Shown in pieces: positions 23,941 to 24,106 of a DNA stretch of 24,106 nucleotides. Each line of letters opens with the position of its first letter. The stretch's first letter is position 1. The stretch covers positions 1-24,106 of the forward strand of contig JBEVLJ010000302.1 in assembly GCA_040509195.1 (NCBI GenBank). Direction: 5' to 3'. Both the position numbers and the translations under genes were made by a program. Under the pieces are notes generated by a model. The model searched no databases. It saw only the letters and a program-made list of their open reading frames with translations, and was not told the DNA's origin. The DNA comes from Acidimicrobiia bacterium. GTDB taxonomy: Bacteria; Actinomycetota; Acidimicrobiia; IMCC26256; DASPTH01.

Positions 23941-24106
23941 CGTCGTTCCAGGAGCTGTCGAACGGTCGCGATGATCGTCGAGTCCGCGAAATCGGACGTG
24001 AATCGCACGACCGTCCAGCCGAGCACTTCGAGCTCGTTGGCTCGACGGCGGTCGCGATCGAAGGCTGCACGAGTGCCGTGCACGCCCCACCAGTCATACT
24101 CGATTG
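23928..24106 (-). CDS. C-terminal part of a DUF559 / Vsr-like endonuclease-fold protein (5' truncated; absent from the ORF track)
   Basis: Minus-strand frame from 24104 reads IEYDWWGVHGTRAAFDRDRRRANELEVLGWTVVRFTSDFADSTIIATVRQLLERRSVS*. This matches the E.D...H...RDR.R.N.L...GW.V.RFT pattern. Confidence 0.8.
   Translation of the reverse strand, partial: IEYDWWGVHGTRAAFDRDRRRANELEVLGWTVVRFTSDFADSTIIATVRQLLERRSVS

Noticed and set aside
23576-24097. 173-aa minus-strand ORF from the track at the right end
   Set aside because: Wrong frame. The protein-like reading is the DUF559-type frame ending at 23928.

Overview
High-GC (roughly 70% by eye) bacterial chromosomal window, most likely Actinomycetota and probably class Acidimicrobiia (inferred from gene order and protein style). 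It holds the distal division/cell-wall cluster (murD 3' end, ftsW, murG, murC, murB, ftsQ, ftsZ, pgeF, yggS, sepF, yggT, divIVA). This is followed by a type-2 ileS, a histone-like/DksA fusion (DdbA-like), lspA, an RluD-like pseudouridine synthase, an OmpR/HAMP-kinase two-component pair, a convergent Rrf2 regulator, an alkaline-phosphatase-superfamily phosphodiesterase, dnaE, and the 3' end of a DUF559-like gene on the minus strand. I found no rRNA, tRNA, CRISPR array, transposase, intein or frameshift. The region is mostly housekeeping and I see no obvious new multi-gene accessory system. The unusual signals are finer: (1) an IleRS whose class-I signature motifs are both rewritten (HIGH to AVHT, KMSKS to EMHGS); (2) a DnaA-box cluster plus a perfect 20-bp palindrome directly upstream of dnaE; (3) a histone-DksA fusion with an ExxE tip and a three-Cys finger; (4) a probable CTG start of pgeF coupled to the ftsZ stop; (5) a MerR/FtsR-like operator and a leader hairpin at ftsZ; (6) a long acidic DivIVA tail; (7) an Rrf2 with an unusual His/Cys ligand loop overlapped antisense by the kinase gene. 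All motif comparisons are from memory of the families, with no database search.
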